From Alphaproteobacteria bacterium (GTDB taxonomy: Bacteria; Pseudomonadota; Alphaproteobacteria; SP197), in contig OZ245842.1 in NCBI GenBank assembly GCA_965228895.1, positions 4,896,001 through 4,960,000 on the forward strand: DNA of 64,000 bases, written 5' to 3'. The first letter of the stretch is position 1. Each line of letters starts with the position of its first letter. The notes beneath the pieces were generated by a model that did no database searches, was not told the DNA's origin, and worked only from the letters and a program-made list of their open reading frames with translations. Of the stretch, positions 1 to 8,963 are shown piece by piece. The position numbers and the translations under genes were made by a program.

Positions 1-286
1 TCCAGATACGCGCCTTCGCCCGCGCCACCGGATCGCTCGGCATCATCGCCGGCTCTGGATAGGCTTCATCGATGAACTCGTTGATGATCGCGGACTCGTA
101 GACCACGTCATCGCCAATCTTGACGACCGGGACCTTGCTGTAGGGCGAGACCTCGTTGAACCAGTCGGGTTTGTTCGACAGATCGACCTCGCGACGTTCA
201 AAATCCAGACCCTTCTCGATCAGGGTCATGTGGGTTCGTTGGGCGTAGGGACAGACCTCGGCGGTTATCAATTCGATCTTCGGCAT
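1..286 (-). CDS. Glutathione S-transferase, N-terminal part (runs off the window start)
   Basis: Manual translation MPKIELITAEVCPYAQRTHMTLIEKGLDFERREVDLSNKPDWFNEVSPYSKVPVVK...VYESAIINEFIDE shows the CPYA site, cis-Pro KVP and ES motif; CAGGAGG RBS upstream. Not in the ORF track. Confidence 0.9.
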   Translation of the reverse strand, partial: MPKIELITAEVCPYAQRTHMTLIEKGLDFERREVDLSNKPDWFNEVSPYSKVPVVKIGDDVVYESAIINEFIDEAYPEPAMMPSDPVARAKARIW

Positions 287-328
287 GGTCGGACCTCCTG
301 TCCTTGGGACACGGCGCGGTGGGCTATC

Positions 329-1318
329 TTATCCCAGTTGTTCGGCGATCAGAGTCTTCAAGTTGGCGCGAGGTCTGGCGCCCAGATGGCTGATCACCTC
401 GCCCGCGCAGATCGACCCGTAGGATCCAGCGCGCGCCAGATCCTCGCCTGCCGTGTAGCCATAGAGAAAACCGGCGGCATAAAGATCGCCGGCGCCAGTC
501 GTGTCGACCACCTTGACCGAACGGGCAGCGACAGCGTGACGTTCGGCGCCCCGGCAGATGACTGAGCCTTTTTCGCTGCGGGTGAGCGCCGCAATCTTGA
601 CATCGGCGACGGCGCGGTCGGCGGCCTCGTCAAATGCCTCGACCTCATAGAGCGATTTGATCTCGTCCTCGTTGGCGAACAGGATATCGACCGAGCCGGT
701 CACGAAATCCCGAAAGGCCGCACGGTGCCGGTCGACGCAGAACGGATCGGACAAGGTCATGGCGACCTCGCGCCCGGCCTGTTTGGCGGCGCTGGCGGCG
801 CTGGCAAAGATCGCCGGGCCCTCCGGCGCGTCCCACAGATAACCCTCTAGGTAGACAACCTTGGACGCCGCGACCTCGGCGGGGTCGATGTCGGCCTCAC
901 GCAGGCCGACGCAGGCGCCGAGATAGGTGTTCAAGGTCCGTTGGGCATCAGGCGTGACGAGCACGAGGCAACGCGCCGTCTGAGGCCCTGATGTTGCCAT
1001 CTCGCTCTGGAAGCTGACGCCCTGAGCCCGGATATCGTGGGCAAACACCTTGCCCAGGCTGTCGTCGTGGACCCGGCCGACAAAGGCGCCGCGTCCGCCC
1101 AGGGCGGCGACACCGGCGGCCGTGTTGGCGGCCGACCCGCCGGAAACCTCGATGCCCGGCCCCATGGCGGCATAGAGCGTGTCGGCCTCGTTCTCGTCGG
1201 TCAGCCGCATCGCGCCTTTGACCAGATTCTGCTCTTCAAGGAAGCCGTCGCTCGCTTCGGCAAGCACATCGACAATTGCGTTGCCGACGGCAAGCACATC
1301 AAATTTCGTATCGCTCAT
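329..1318 (-). CDS. Adenosine kinase / PfkB family carbohydrate kinase
   Basis: MSDTKFDVLAVGNAIVD, SGGSAANT and DTTGAGDLYAAGF PfkB signatures; start reassigned to the ATG at 1318. Confidence 0.9.
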   Translation of the reverse strand: MSDTKFDVLAVGNAIVDVLAEASDGFLEEQNLVKGAMRLTDENEADTLYAAMGPGIEVSGGSAANTAAGVAALGGRGAFVGRVHDDSLGKVFAHDIRAQGVSFQSEMATSGPQTARCLVLVTPDAQRTLNTYLGACVGLREADIDPAEVAASKVVYLEGYLWDAPEGPAIFASAASAAKQAGREVAMTLSDPFCVDRHRAAFRDFVTGSVDILFANEDEIKSLYEVEAFDEAADRAVADVKIAALTRSEKGSVICRGAERHAVAARSVKVVDTTGAGDLYAAGFLYGYTAGEDLARAGSYGSICAGEVISHLGARPRANLKTLIAEQLG

Positions 1319-1456
1319 GGGATGAAGACGCTTTCGGGTCTGGACGTGGCGGGAGCCGGAGTATAGGACGGCTGCGTGACCCGTCCAGCGTTGCGGCGGT
1401 GGGGCTGGCTGGGAAACGATTCCGATGTCCGACAGCGCATTCTCTGGACCTCGATC

Positions 1457-2932
1457 ATGACCGATCTTTACCGTCTGACAGCACGTCAGGCCGTCGACCT
1501 GTTGGCAAAAGGCGAGGTCTCGCCGCTCGACCTGGTCGAAGCCTCGGCCGCGCGCATCGAAGCCACGGACGGCGCCATGAATGCCATGCCGACCCTGTGC
1601 CTGGACCGCGCCCGCGATCACGCCAAGGCGATCATGGCGGGCGAACGTCCGGCCTACAAAGGGCCCGGTGCGCTCCACGGCCTGCCCATGGCAGTCAAGG
1701 AGCTGGATGATGTCGCGGGCGTCAGAACGACCTATGGGTCGCCGATCTACGCCGATAACGTGCCCGAGCGCTCCGACATTATGGTCGAGCGCCTGGAAGA
1801 ACGCGGCGCCATCACCATGGGCAAATCCAACGTGCCGGAGTTCGGCGCCGGCGGCCAAAGCTTCAATCCGGTGCTGGGCGCGGCCGCCAATCCCTGGGAC
1901 CTCGGCCACACGCCTGGCGGATCGTCCGGCGGTTCCGGCGCGGCGCTGGCCGCGGGCCAGGTGTGGATCGCGACCGGCTCCGACCTGGGCGGCAGTCTGA
2001 GGATACCCGCCAGTTTCTGCGGCATCGTCGGGTTTCGGACAACGCCCGGCATCGTCGCCAAGGGTCCCGATCCTTACCCGTTCGCCGATCAGCCGGTCGC
2101 CGGTCCCATGGCGCGCAACGTGCCGGATACCGCCCTCATGCTCGATGCCATGACCGGCATCCATGAAGAAGACCCGCTGTCGCGGGCGGCGCCGGCGACG
2201 TCCTATGTCGATCAGGTGCTGGCGGCGCTTTCCAAGGGCAGCGCACCCCGGCGCATCGGTTATTCAGCCGATCTCGGCATCACGACCGTCGATCCGGAGG
2301 TCGACGCCCTGTGCCGCGCGGCAACCGATCGTTTCGCGGAATTGGGCTCGGAAGTCTGCGATGCCGCGATCGACTTCTCCGACGCCCCGGAGTCGTTTCA
2401 GACCTTCCGCGCACTCGGCTTCATTAACGGGCACGAGCATGAAATTGACGTCCATCGCGACAAGTTCAAACCCGAAAACATCTGGAACATCGAAAAGGGC
2501 CGTGCGCTCACCCGCGAGGAGATCAGCCGCGCGCATCGCATCCGGGGCGCCCTGTTCCACCGCATGCTCGCCTATTTCCGCGATCACGACGCGCTCGCCG
2601 TGCCGTCGACGATCGTCCCGGCGCTGCCGCTGGACATGCGTTACCTGCCCGAACTGAACGGGCGGCGCTTCGACAACTACGTCGACTGGATCATGATCAC
2701 CTCGGTCATCACATTGACCACCTGCCCGGTGATCTCGATCAACTGCGGCTTCACCAAATCGGGCCTGCCGGTCGGCCTGCAAATTGTCGGCCCGCCGCAC
2801 AGTGACGGCCGTCTGCTGGGCTGGGCAGCCGTGGCGGAGCATCTGTACGGTCTGGCCGATCAGGTGCCGCTTGATCCGCGTGGCGAGCGGGGCCGGGAAC
2901 CTGGGCCGGATGACGGGAGACATGTCGCATGA
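1457..2932 (+). CDS. Amidase signature family protein
   Basis: GLPMAVKE Lys, PGGSSGGSGAA and TGSDLGGSLRIPASFCG motifs; start reassigned to MTDLYRL. Confidence 0.9.
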   Translation: MTDLYRLTARQAVDLLAKGEVSPLDLVEASAARIEATDGAMNAMPTLCLDRARDHAKAIMAGERPAYKGPGALHGLPMAVKELDDVAGVRTTYGSPIYADNVPERSDIMVERLEERGAITMGKSNVPEFGAGGQSFNPVLGAAANPWDLGHTPGGSSGGSGAALAAGQVWIATGSDLGGSLRIPASFCGIVGFRTTPGIVAKGPDPYPFADQPVAGPMARNVPDTALMLDAMTGIHEEDPLSRAAPATSYVDQVLAALSKGSAPRRIGYSADLGITTVDPEVDALCRAATDRFAELGSEVCDAAIDFSDAPESFQTFRALGFINGHEHEIDVHRDKFKPENIWNIEKGRALTREEISRAHRIRGALFHRMLAYFRDHDALAVPSTIVPALPLDMRYLPELNGRRFDNYVDWIMITSVITLTTCPVISINCGFTKSGLPVGLQIVGPPHSDGRLLGWAAVAEHLYGLADQVPLDPRGERGREPGPDDGRHVA

Positions 2933-3636
2933 TGATGGCGCTGACCAAGGCTTTCGACGACCTGCGCATCGCCAGGGTGCGCAACGTGCTGTGGCATGTC
3001 GTCGGCTGGACACTGCTGATCTTCATCATCCTGGGCGGGCTTCTGGCGTGGGGCGTGTCGAGCCTGGACGCCGAACGCTGGGTCTCCGACGACCCCGGTT
3101 TCTTCGGCGGACTTGTCAACGCGCTGGTCTGGCTGCTCTATGGCGTTGGTTACATCTTGCTCATGTGGTTGGCGTTCGCCGTCATCGCCCAGAACGTCGC
3201 GGCGTTCTATCTCGACCGCATCATCGGCGCGGTCGAAGACAAACGTTATCCCGAACTGGGACCGGCCAAGGGGTCGACCATCGCGACCGACATCTCCGCC
3301 ATGTTGCGTTTCACCGGCGCACTGGTCTTGTGGAACATCGTGGCGATCCCGTTCTACTTCATCCCGGTCGTCAACATCGTCGTCTTCTATCTTTTGAACG
3401 GTTATCTGTTTGGCCGGGAGTATGCCGAAGCGGTCGGCTTCCGGCGTCTACCAACCGCCGAGGTCAGAGCTTGGCGCGGCGCCAACCGGCTACGCCTGTT
3501 GGTCGCCGGCGCGTTGATCACACTCGCCTTTTCCGTACCGATCCTCAACCTTGCCGCGCCGGTTCTGGCGGCGTGCTTCATGACCCACATCTATCATGAC
3601 GTGCAGCGGCGCACCGGAGCGGTGCAGAATCGATGA
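2929..3636 (+). CDS. EI24/CysZ-like membrane protein
   Basis: Several hydrophobic helices; NGYLFGREY motif typical of alphaproteobacterial EI24-domain proteins. Confidence 0.75.
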   Translation: MMMALTKAFDDLRIARVRNVLWHVVGWTLLIFIILGGLLAWGVSSLDAERWVSDDPGFFGGLVNALVWLLYGVGYILLMWLAFAVIAQNVAAFYLDRIIGAVEDKRYPELGPAKGSTIATDISAMLRFTGALVLWNIVAIPFYFIPVVNIVVFYLLNGYLFGREYAEAVGFRRLPTAEVRAWRGANRLRLLVAGALITLAFSVPILNLAAPVLAACFMTHIYHDVQRRTGAVQNR

Positions 3637-4004
3637 TGCGGTTTGCCGCCCTTGCCTTGTGTCTGGCCGCCGCCGCATGCGCGGGGAATAAACAGGCCGA
3701 CACGGCGGAGATGTTAGAAATCGAACCGGCGATGTCGATCCAGTCGCCGGGTAGCAGCGGCGTCGGCCCCGATCAGTTGCTGCACAAAGCCGGTACGGAA
3801 GTCCGGACCATCCTGGGCGAGCCCGAGTTCATCTGGAGCGAAGACGGCGCGGCCATGTGGCGCTATCGCGGTTCTGACTGCTATGTCGATGTGTTTCTCT
3901 ATGAGGGCGAAGGCGTGACGTATGTCGATGTGCAGAGCCAGGGCACCGACGAGCGCGCCCGCGATGCCTGCTTCCGCACCATCATCAAACCGGCCGCGGG
4001 TTAG
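3633..4004 (+). CDS. Putative lipoprotein
   Basis: Signal peptide ending AAAAC; LGEP...WRYRGSDCYVDVFLY resembles small SmpA-like alphaproteobacterial lipoproteins. Confidence 0.65.
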   Translation: MMRFAALALCLAAAACAGNKQADTAEMLEIEPAMSIQSPGSSGVGPDQLLHKAGTEVRTILGEPEFIWSEDGAAMWRYRGSDCYVDVFLYEGEGVTYVDVQSQGTDERARDACFRTIIKPAAG

Positions 4005-4039
4005 CAGGCCAGGCCAACGCCCAGCGCTCTCGTAGACAA

Positions 4040-4789
4040 TCAGCGCTTGGCTTTTTTGGCTGTCTTCTTGGTTTTCTTTTTCGCCGCCTTCTTTAGGCGA
4101 CCCGTTGCCGGCGGCGCCAGCTTGCGGCCTTTGGCTTTGACCGGTTCGTCTGCAGGATCAGGCGTCTTGTCCTTGAACGGACAACAGGTCTTGACGACAC
4201 AGTCCCAGCAGCGCGGTTTGCGCGCCAGGCAGGTGTAGCGCCCGTGCAAGATCAGCCAGTGATGGGCTGAGGGTCTCCAGCGATCGGGCACGATCTTTTC
4301 GAGCTTCTGCTCGACCGCCAGCGGCGTCTTGCCGGGCGCCAGGCCGGTGCGGTTGGAAACCCGGAAGACGTGCGTGTCGACCGCGATCGTCGGTTCGCCA
4401 AAGGCCTCGTTCATCACCACGCTCGCGGTCTTGCGGCCGACCCCGGGCAACGCCTGTAAGAGGTCGCGATCGCGCGGCACCTCGCTGCCGTGCTCGTCGA
4501 TCAGCTTTTGCGATAGCGCGATAACGTTCTTGGCCTTCGAATTGAACAGGCCGATGGTCTTGATGTGGCCGCGCACGGCATCCTCGCCCAGCGCGACCAT
4601 GGCTTCCGGCGTGGAAGCTTTAGCAAACAGCGCCGGTGTCGCCTCGTTGACGCTTTTGTCGGTGGCCTGCGCGGACAGCACCACGGCGACCAGCAGGGTG
4701 AAGACGTTGTCATATTCCAGCTCGGTCTTGGGCGCCGGAATGACCCGCTCCAGCTCAGCAAAAAAACAATCGATATCGGCCTTTTTCAT
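4040..4789 (-). CDS. nth: Endonuclease III with Lys-rich C-terminal extension
   Basis: LSAQATD, HhH LPGVGRKTA, AVDTHVFRV, 4Fe-4S motif CLARKPRCWDCVVKTCC. Confidence 0.97.
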   Translation of the reverse strand: MKKADIDCFFAELERVIPAPKTELEYDNVFTLLVAVVLSAQATDKSVNEATPALFAKASTPEAMVALGEDAVRGHIKTIGLFNSKAKNVIALSQKLIDEHGSEVPRDRDLLQALPGVGRKTASVVMNEAFGEPTIAVDTHVFRVSNRTGLAPGKTPLAVEQKLEKIVPDRWRPSAHHWLILHGRYTCLARKPRCWDCVVKTCCPFKDKTPDPADEPVKAKGRKLAPPATGRLKKAAKKKTKKTAKKAKR

Positions 4790-4799
4790 GGCCGTTATC

Positions 4800-5277
4800 C
4801 TAGAGCAGATCCCACCTCGATTGAATCGCTACGCGATGAGATTGAGGTGGGTGAATCTGCTCTATCATTCAAAAATCGATCGGATTCACACGGTCTGAGC
4901 GAACCGCTTTGCGGTTCAATCGGATCGTGATCCGATCGAAAGCAGATCCCACCTCGATTGAATCGCTACGCGATGAGATTGAGGTGGGTGAATCTGCTCT
5001 ATCATTCAAAAATCGATCGGATTCACACGGTCTGAGTGAACCGCTTTGCGGTTCAATCGGATCGTGATCCGATCGAAAGCAGATCCCACCTCGATTGAAT
5101 CGCTACGCGATGAGATTGAGGTGGGTGAATCTGCTCTATCAATCAAAAATCGATCGGATTCACACGGCCTGAGCGAACCGCTTTGCGGTTCAATCGGATC
5201 GTGATCCGATCGAAAGCAGATCCCACCTCGATTGAATCGCTACGCGACGAGATTGAGGTGGGTGAATCTGCTCTATC
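4800..5277. repeat. Tandem array of 137-bp units (about 3.5 copies), each with two long palindromes (RIME/BIME-like)
   Basis: AGCAGATCCCACCTC recurs at 4804, 4941, 5078 and 5215; copies differ by only a few substitutions. Palindrome A is TAGAGCAGAT...ATCTGCTCTA; palindrome B is TCGATCGGAT...ATCCGATCGA. Confidence 0.97.
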
Positions 5278-5321
5278 GTTTGGACGTCGATTATCTCCTG
5301 TCTCGTTGGCCAAGGTTGATT

Positions 5322-5349
5322 TTGAGGTTGCAAGGCGTCGCCGTATAAT
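5322..5349 (+). promoter_or_regulatory. Putative sigma70 promoter of the DUF2244 gene
   Basis: TTGAGG-N16-TATAAT ending 8 nt before the ATG at 5358. Confidence 0.5.
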
Positions 5350-5357
5350 CCCCCTCT

Positions 5358-5876
5358 ATGACGACATCCGACGCCATGGGCACCGCGCGCCGGTACTATT
5401 TCGATGCGGTGCTGACACCCAACCGCTCACTGTCACGCCGTGGCTTCTGGCTGCTGATGACGGTTCTCGTCGTTGTTTTGGGCAGCCTTGGGCTCGCCTT
5501 TGCCACACTGGGCGCGTGGCCGGTCGCCGGTTTCTGCGGGCTGGAGGTGTTTCTGGTCTGGGGCGCTTTTCATCTGAACTACAGGAGCGGCCGCACGGTC
5601 GAATCGGTTCGCTTGGACGATGACGCTCTGACCGTCACACGGGCGGTGCCGCACCGCCCGGTCAAGTCTTGGCAGTTCCAGCCCCATTGGGTGCGGGTCA
5701 ACATGGATGACCCGCCAGACCATGACAGCATGCTTCGACTGTCGTCGCACGGACGCACGGTCACGATCGGCAGTTTCCTGACCGCCGACGAACGCCTGGA
5801 AGTCGCCCAGGCACTGCGTCAAGCGATTGAAGACTGGCGCAACCCAACGACGAATCGCTGGCAAACCGCGAACTGA
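5358..5876 (+). CDS. DUF2244 family membrane protein
   Basis: LTPNRSLSRRGF, GAWPVAGFCGLE, IGSFLTADER; divergent from nth, as is common in Alphaproteobacteria. Confidence 0.85.
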   Translation: MTTSDAMGTARRYYFDAVLTPNRSLSRRGFWLLMTVLVVVLGSLGLAFATLGAWPVAGFCGLEVFLVWGAFHLNYRSGRTVESVRLDDDALTVTRAVPHRPVKSWQFQPHWVRVNMDDPPDHDSMLRLSSHGRTVTIGSFLTADERLEVAQALRQAIEDWRNPTTNRWQTAN

Positions 5877-6135
5877 GATCGCTTCCAATTATCCACCGGA
5901 AAACGCCGTTGACAGCGCATTGACGTTGAATTCACGGTTGTATTTCGTAACAATCGCATAGTTGTGATTGAGGTCATTTTATTCGCGCCGGCTCTCGATA
6001 TAGTCAGCCTCACGTTCGTATGATCTGTGCCCAGACCGTCCACCGCCTCGTGCGGCCGGACGACTTGGGTGGGCGCATGCGACGTGTTGGAAACTGGAGA
6101 CACCGGGCAGAGCGCGACGAATGGGATAATCGGGA

Positions 6136-7047
6136 TTGAACCGAAGCGATCTACCACGCATTCGTCGGATGACCTGGGCGGATGCCGTCTTTGCCCTGAT
6201 CTGCGCGACCGGTTTCGGCGGTTCGTTCTTGTTCATCAACGTCGCGGTGACCGAGATCCCGCCGATCACGCTGACCGCCGCCAGATCCACCATATCGTTT
6301 GTGGCACTGTGGTCGGTGCTGCGGCTGATGGGGCTCAGACTGCCGCCGTGGGGTCCGATATGGTGGTGGATCACCGCGCTGGGTATTGCCAGCCTGGTGC
6401 TTCCCATGGTGCTGGTGTCGTGGGGCCAGCTCCACATCGAATCCGGCCTGGCCGGCATCATCATCGGCTTTGTGCCGATCGTGACGTTTCTTCTGGCGCA
6501 CGTTTTTTTCCACGACGAGCGCTTCACGCCGATGGGTTTCACCGGCGTCTTGATCGGATTCATGGGCGTAATCGCGATTATCGGGCCCGCGGCTCTGTTC
6601 GATTTTGGCAACCATCTGCTGGGCCAGATCGCGACCTTTGCGGCGGCCGTCAGCATCGGTGCGGCCAACATCATCGGCCGGCGCATCAGCATGATCGGGC
6701 CCATGGTGATCGTGACCGCATCCCAGCTCGCCGCCGTCGCCTGTCTGGTTCCGCTGTGTCTGATCGTCGATCGCCCGTGGACGCTCGAACCCAGCGGCAC
6801 AGCACTGGGCTGCCTCGTCATCATCGGGCTCTTCGGCAGCGCCCTGCCCGGTTTTCTGTTCTACAGGCTGCTGGTGCGCGTCGGTGCGACCCGCGCCTCG
6901 TTGGTCGCGTACGTGGCGCCCATCGTCGCGGTCGTCATCGGCGCCCTGGCGCTCGACGAACGCCTGCCGTGGAGCGCGCTCCTGGGCCTCGTGCTGATCT
7001 TGATCGGCGCCTACATCGTCAACCGCCGTGCCGGGCGGGCGCTTTAG
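6136..7047 (+). CDS. DMT/EamA family transporter
   Basis: About 10 TM helices in two EamA repeats (GGSFLFI...EIPP; GATRASLVAYVAP); start may be 6169. Confidence 0.9.
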   Translation: MNRSDLPRIRRMTWADAVFALICATGFGGSFLFINVAVTEIPPITLTAARSTISFVALWSVLRLMGLRLPPWGPIWWWITALGIASLVLPMVLVSWGQLHIESGLAGIIIGFVPIVTFLLAHVFFHDERFTPMGFTGVLIGFMGVIAIIGPAALFDFGNHLLGQIATFAAAVSIGAANIIGRRISMIGPMVIVTASQLAAVACLVPLCLIVDRPWTLEPSGTALGCLVIIGLFGSALPGFLFYRLLVRVGATRASLVAYVAPIVAVVIGALALDERLPWSALLGLVLILIGAYIVNRRAGRAL

Positions 7048-7105
7048 GGCCGACCCCGGATTGATGGAACCTCAAACGGTTCCACCAAACCACGAACCGC
7101 TCTAG
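7045..7105. repeat. Dispersed imperfect palindrome (TAG...GCTCTAG family)
   Basis: TAGGGCCGACCCCGGATTGATGGAACCTCAAACGGTTCCACCAAACCACGAACCGCTCTAG aligns end to end with the element at 59205. Confidence 0.75.
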
Positions 7106-7107
7106 CG

Positions 7108-7257
7108 CTAGCCGCCCGCGGACATACCGCCGGCCAGTCCCAGGATACCGGCAATGATCAGATAGGCCGCGACGATGTAGTTCAAGAGGCGCGGAAAGAT
7201 CAGGATCGCGATCCCGGCAACCAGCGATATCACGGGCGACACAATCAAGACGTTCAT
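7108..7257 (-). CDS. DUF3096 small membrane protein
   Basis: MNVLIVSPVISLVAGIAILIFPRLLNYIVAAYLIIAGILGL has the PRLLNYIVA signature; CAGGAG RBS. Confidence 0.85.
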   Translation of the reverse strand: MNVLIVSPVISLVAGIAILIFPRLLNYIVAAYLIIAGILGLAGGMSAGG

Positions 7258-7312
7258 GGGTTTCTCCTGGATCTCGGCACGCGCACCGTTGCGCGAACAC
7301 CAAAAGAATTTA

Positions 7313-8119
7313 TCAGGTGAAGCCCAGAACGTCCGCCATGCCGTAGAACCCGGGCTTGCGGTCGACGGCCCACGCCGCCGCCTTGACCGCGCCACGCGCA
7401 TAGATGTCGCGGCTGGATGCCCGGTGGCCGATTTCAATGCGCTCGCCGTTGGCGGCGAAGATCACGGTGTGGTCGCCGACCACGTCGCCGCCGCGCAGCG
7501 CCGCCAGTCCGATGGCGCCGCGTTGGCGTTCGCCGGTCAGGCCGTCGCGGCCCCGATCGGCGACATCGGAAAGCGCGACGCCGCGACCTTCAGCTGCCGC
7601 CTCGGCAAGCGCCAGAGCCGTTCCGGAAGGCGCGTCCTTCTTGTGCCGGTGATGCATTTCGACAACTTCGATATCGAAGTCCTCGTCCAGCGCCGCCGCA
7701 ACCTGACGCGTGATCCCCAACAGCAGGTTGACGCCCAGGCTCATGTTCGCGCCGAACACGATCGCCGCATCGTCGCCGGCCGCGACCATGGCGGCGCGGC
7801 CGACATCGTCAAAGCCGGTGGTGCCGATCACCAACGCCGTCCCGGTCGAGCGCGCGAGGTCAAGATGGCTCACGGTCAGCGCCGGTGTGGTGAAATCGAT
7901 GACGACATCGGATGCACCGAACAACGCGGCGGGATCGCCGGTCGCCTCGACGCCGATCGGCTCCAGTCCGGCAATCGACGCGACATCGCGTCCGACCGCG
8001 TCGCTTCCCGGACGCACACTGCCGCCCGCAACGGCCACGCCGGACGTCGCGCCGACCGCTTCGATCAGCGTTCGGCCCATGCGTCCGCCACAACCGGCGA
8101 TGCCGACGAGAACTGTCAT
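7313..8119 (-). CDS. dapB: 4-hydroxy-tetrahydrodipicolinate reductase
   Basis: GCGGRMG, IGTTG, EMHHRHKKDAPSGTA. Confidence 0.97.
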   Translation of the reverse strand: MTVLVGIAGCGGRMGRTLIEAVGATSGVAVAGGSVRPGSDAVGRDVASIAGLEPIGVEATGDPAALFGASDVVIDFTTPALTVSHLDLARSTGTALVIGTTGFDDVGRAAMVAAGDDAAIVFGANMSLGVNLLLGITRQVAAALDEDFDIEVVEMHHRHKKDAPSGTALALAEAAAEGRGVALSDVADRGRDGLTGERQRGAIGLAALRGGDVVGDHTVIFAANGERIEIGHRASSRDIYARGAVKAAAWAVDRKPGFYGMADVLGFT

Positions 8120-8150
8120 GACTGTTGTTTAACGCTTGGTGGTGCCGGCG

Positions 8151-8963
8151 TCACCCGTCGGTTTCGCCGGTGAAGGCGCTGAGCGGCACCGCGACCTCCG
8201 GGTCCGAACCGGCTTGCTCGGCGGCCGCTCGGAACTGGATGTCGCCATAGGCGAGGTACTCATCGAGAGTCAGGGTCCCGTCGCCATCGACATCGAGCCC
8301 AGCCCACATCTCAGCGAGGCCATGGACGCCCTGCTCGCGCGCCTCTTCTTCCGTCGATGCGGTGGTGTGGGCACGAAAGGCGGTGAACTCCGCCGGGCTC
8401 AGATAGCCGTTGCCGTTGGCGTCGAGGGTCGCGAACACACGCGCGGCATCGTTGGACACCTCCTCTAGCGAGACGAAGCCGTCGCCATTCTGATCAAGCG
8501 TGTCGGAGCTGCCGGCGATATCAGCCGTCGCCATGCGATAGGCTTCAACGGTGATCGGCTGGCCGGCGGAATCGATGCTCGTGTAACGCGCCTCAATGGC
8601 CGCGAACCATTCGTCGCGTGAGACCTGCTGATCGTTATCCCGGTCGACGGCAAAAAAGACGTCGTCAGAGCGCAACACCGTCGACGTGCGCGTCACGGTC
8701 ACAGCACCCGATCCGACCCGGCACAAGGTGAACTCCTCACGCGTTACCACACCGTCTGCGTTGCCGTCCGACAGCAGGAAACTCTCCATCAGCGACAGCT
8801 CGGCCTCGGCGCGTGTGACCCAGCCATCGCCATCGGTGTCGGCAACCGCAAAGACCGCGCCACAGGCCGTCTGCATGTCGCGAATAGTCGTTGTCTGGTC
8901 GCTAGCCCAGACAGATCCGGCGGCGAGCGAGGCAAACGCCAAGGCCGTCAACAATGTGCGCAC
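8151..8963 (-). CDS. Secreted multi-EF-hand calcium-binding protein
   Basis: Signal peptide; EF loops DTDGDGWVTRAE, DGNADGVVTREE, DRDNDQQVSRDE, DQNGDGFVSLEE, DANGNGYLSPAE, DVDGDGTLTLDE. Confidence 0.85.
   Translation of the reverse strand: MRTLLTALAFASLAAGSVWASDQTTTIRDMQTACGAVFAVADTDGDGWVTRAEAELSLMESFLLSDGNADGVVTREEFTLCRVGSGAVTVTRTSTVLRSDDVFFAVDRDNDQQVSRDEWFAAIEARYTSIDSAGQPITVEAYRMATADIAGSSDTLDQNGDGFVSLEEVSNDAARVFATLDANGNGYLSPAEFTAFRAHTTASTEEEAREQGVHGLAEMWAGLDVDGDGTLTLDEYLAYGDIQFRAAAEQAGSDPEVAVPLSAFTGETDG

Noticed and set aside
1319-2164. 611-aa version of the PfkB ORF and other N-terminally extended ORFs (28125, 38278, 49969, 51296, 57550)
   Set aside because: The extensions overlap well-supported neighbouring genes; internal starts with RBS or coupled overlaps fit better
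4800-5277. CRISPR array interpretation of the tandem repeat
   Set aside because: The intervening segments are near-identical rather than unique spacers, the period is 137 bp, and there are no cas genes in the window
4329-5623. ORFs 4329-4898, 4565-4930 and 5183-5623 reading into the repeat (ADPTSIESLRDEIEVGES)
   Set aside because: Incidental translation of the repeat, overlapping the real genes nth and DUF2244
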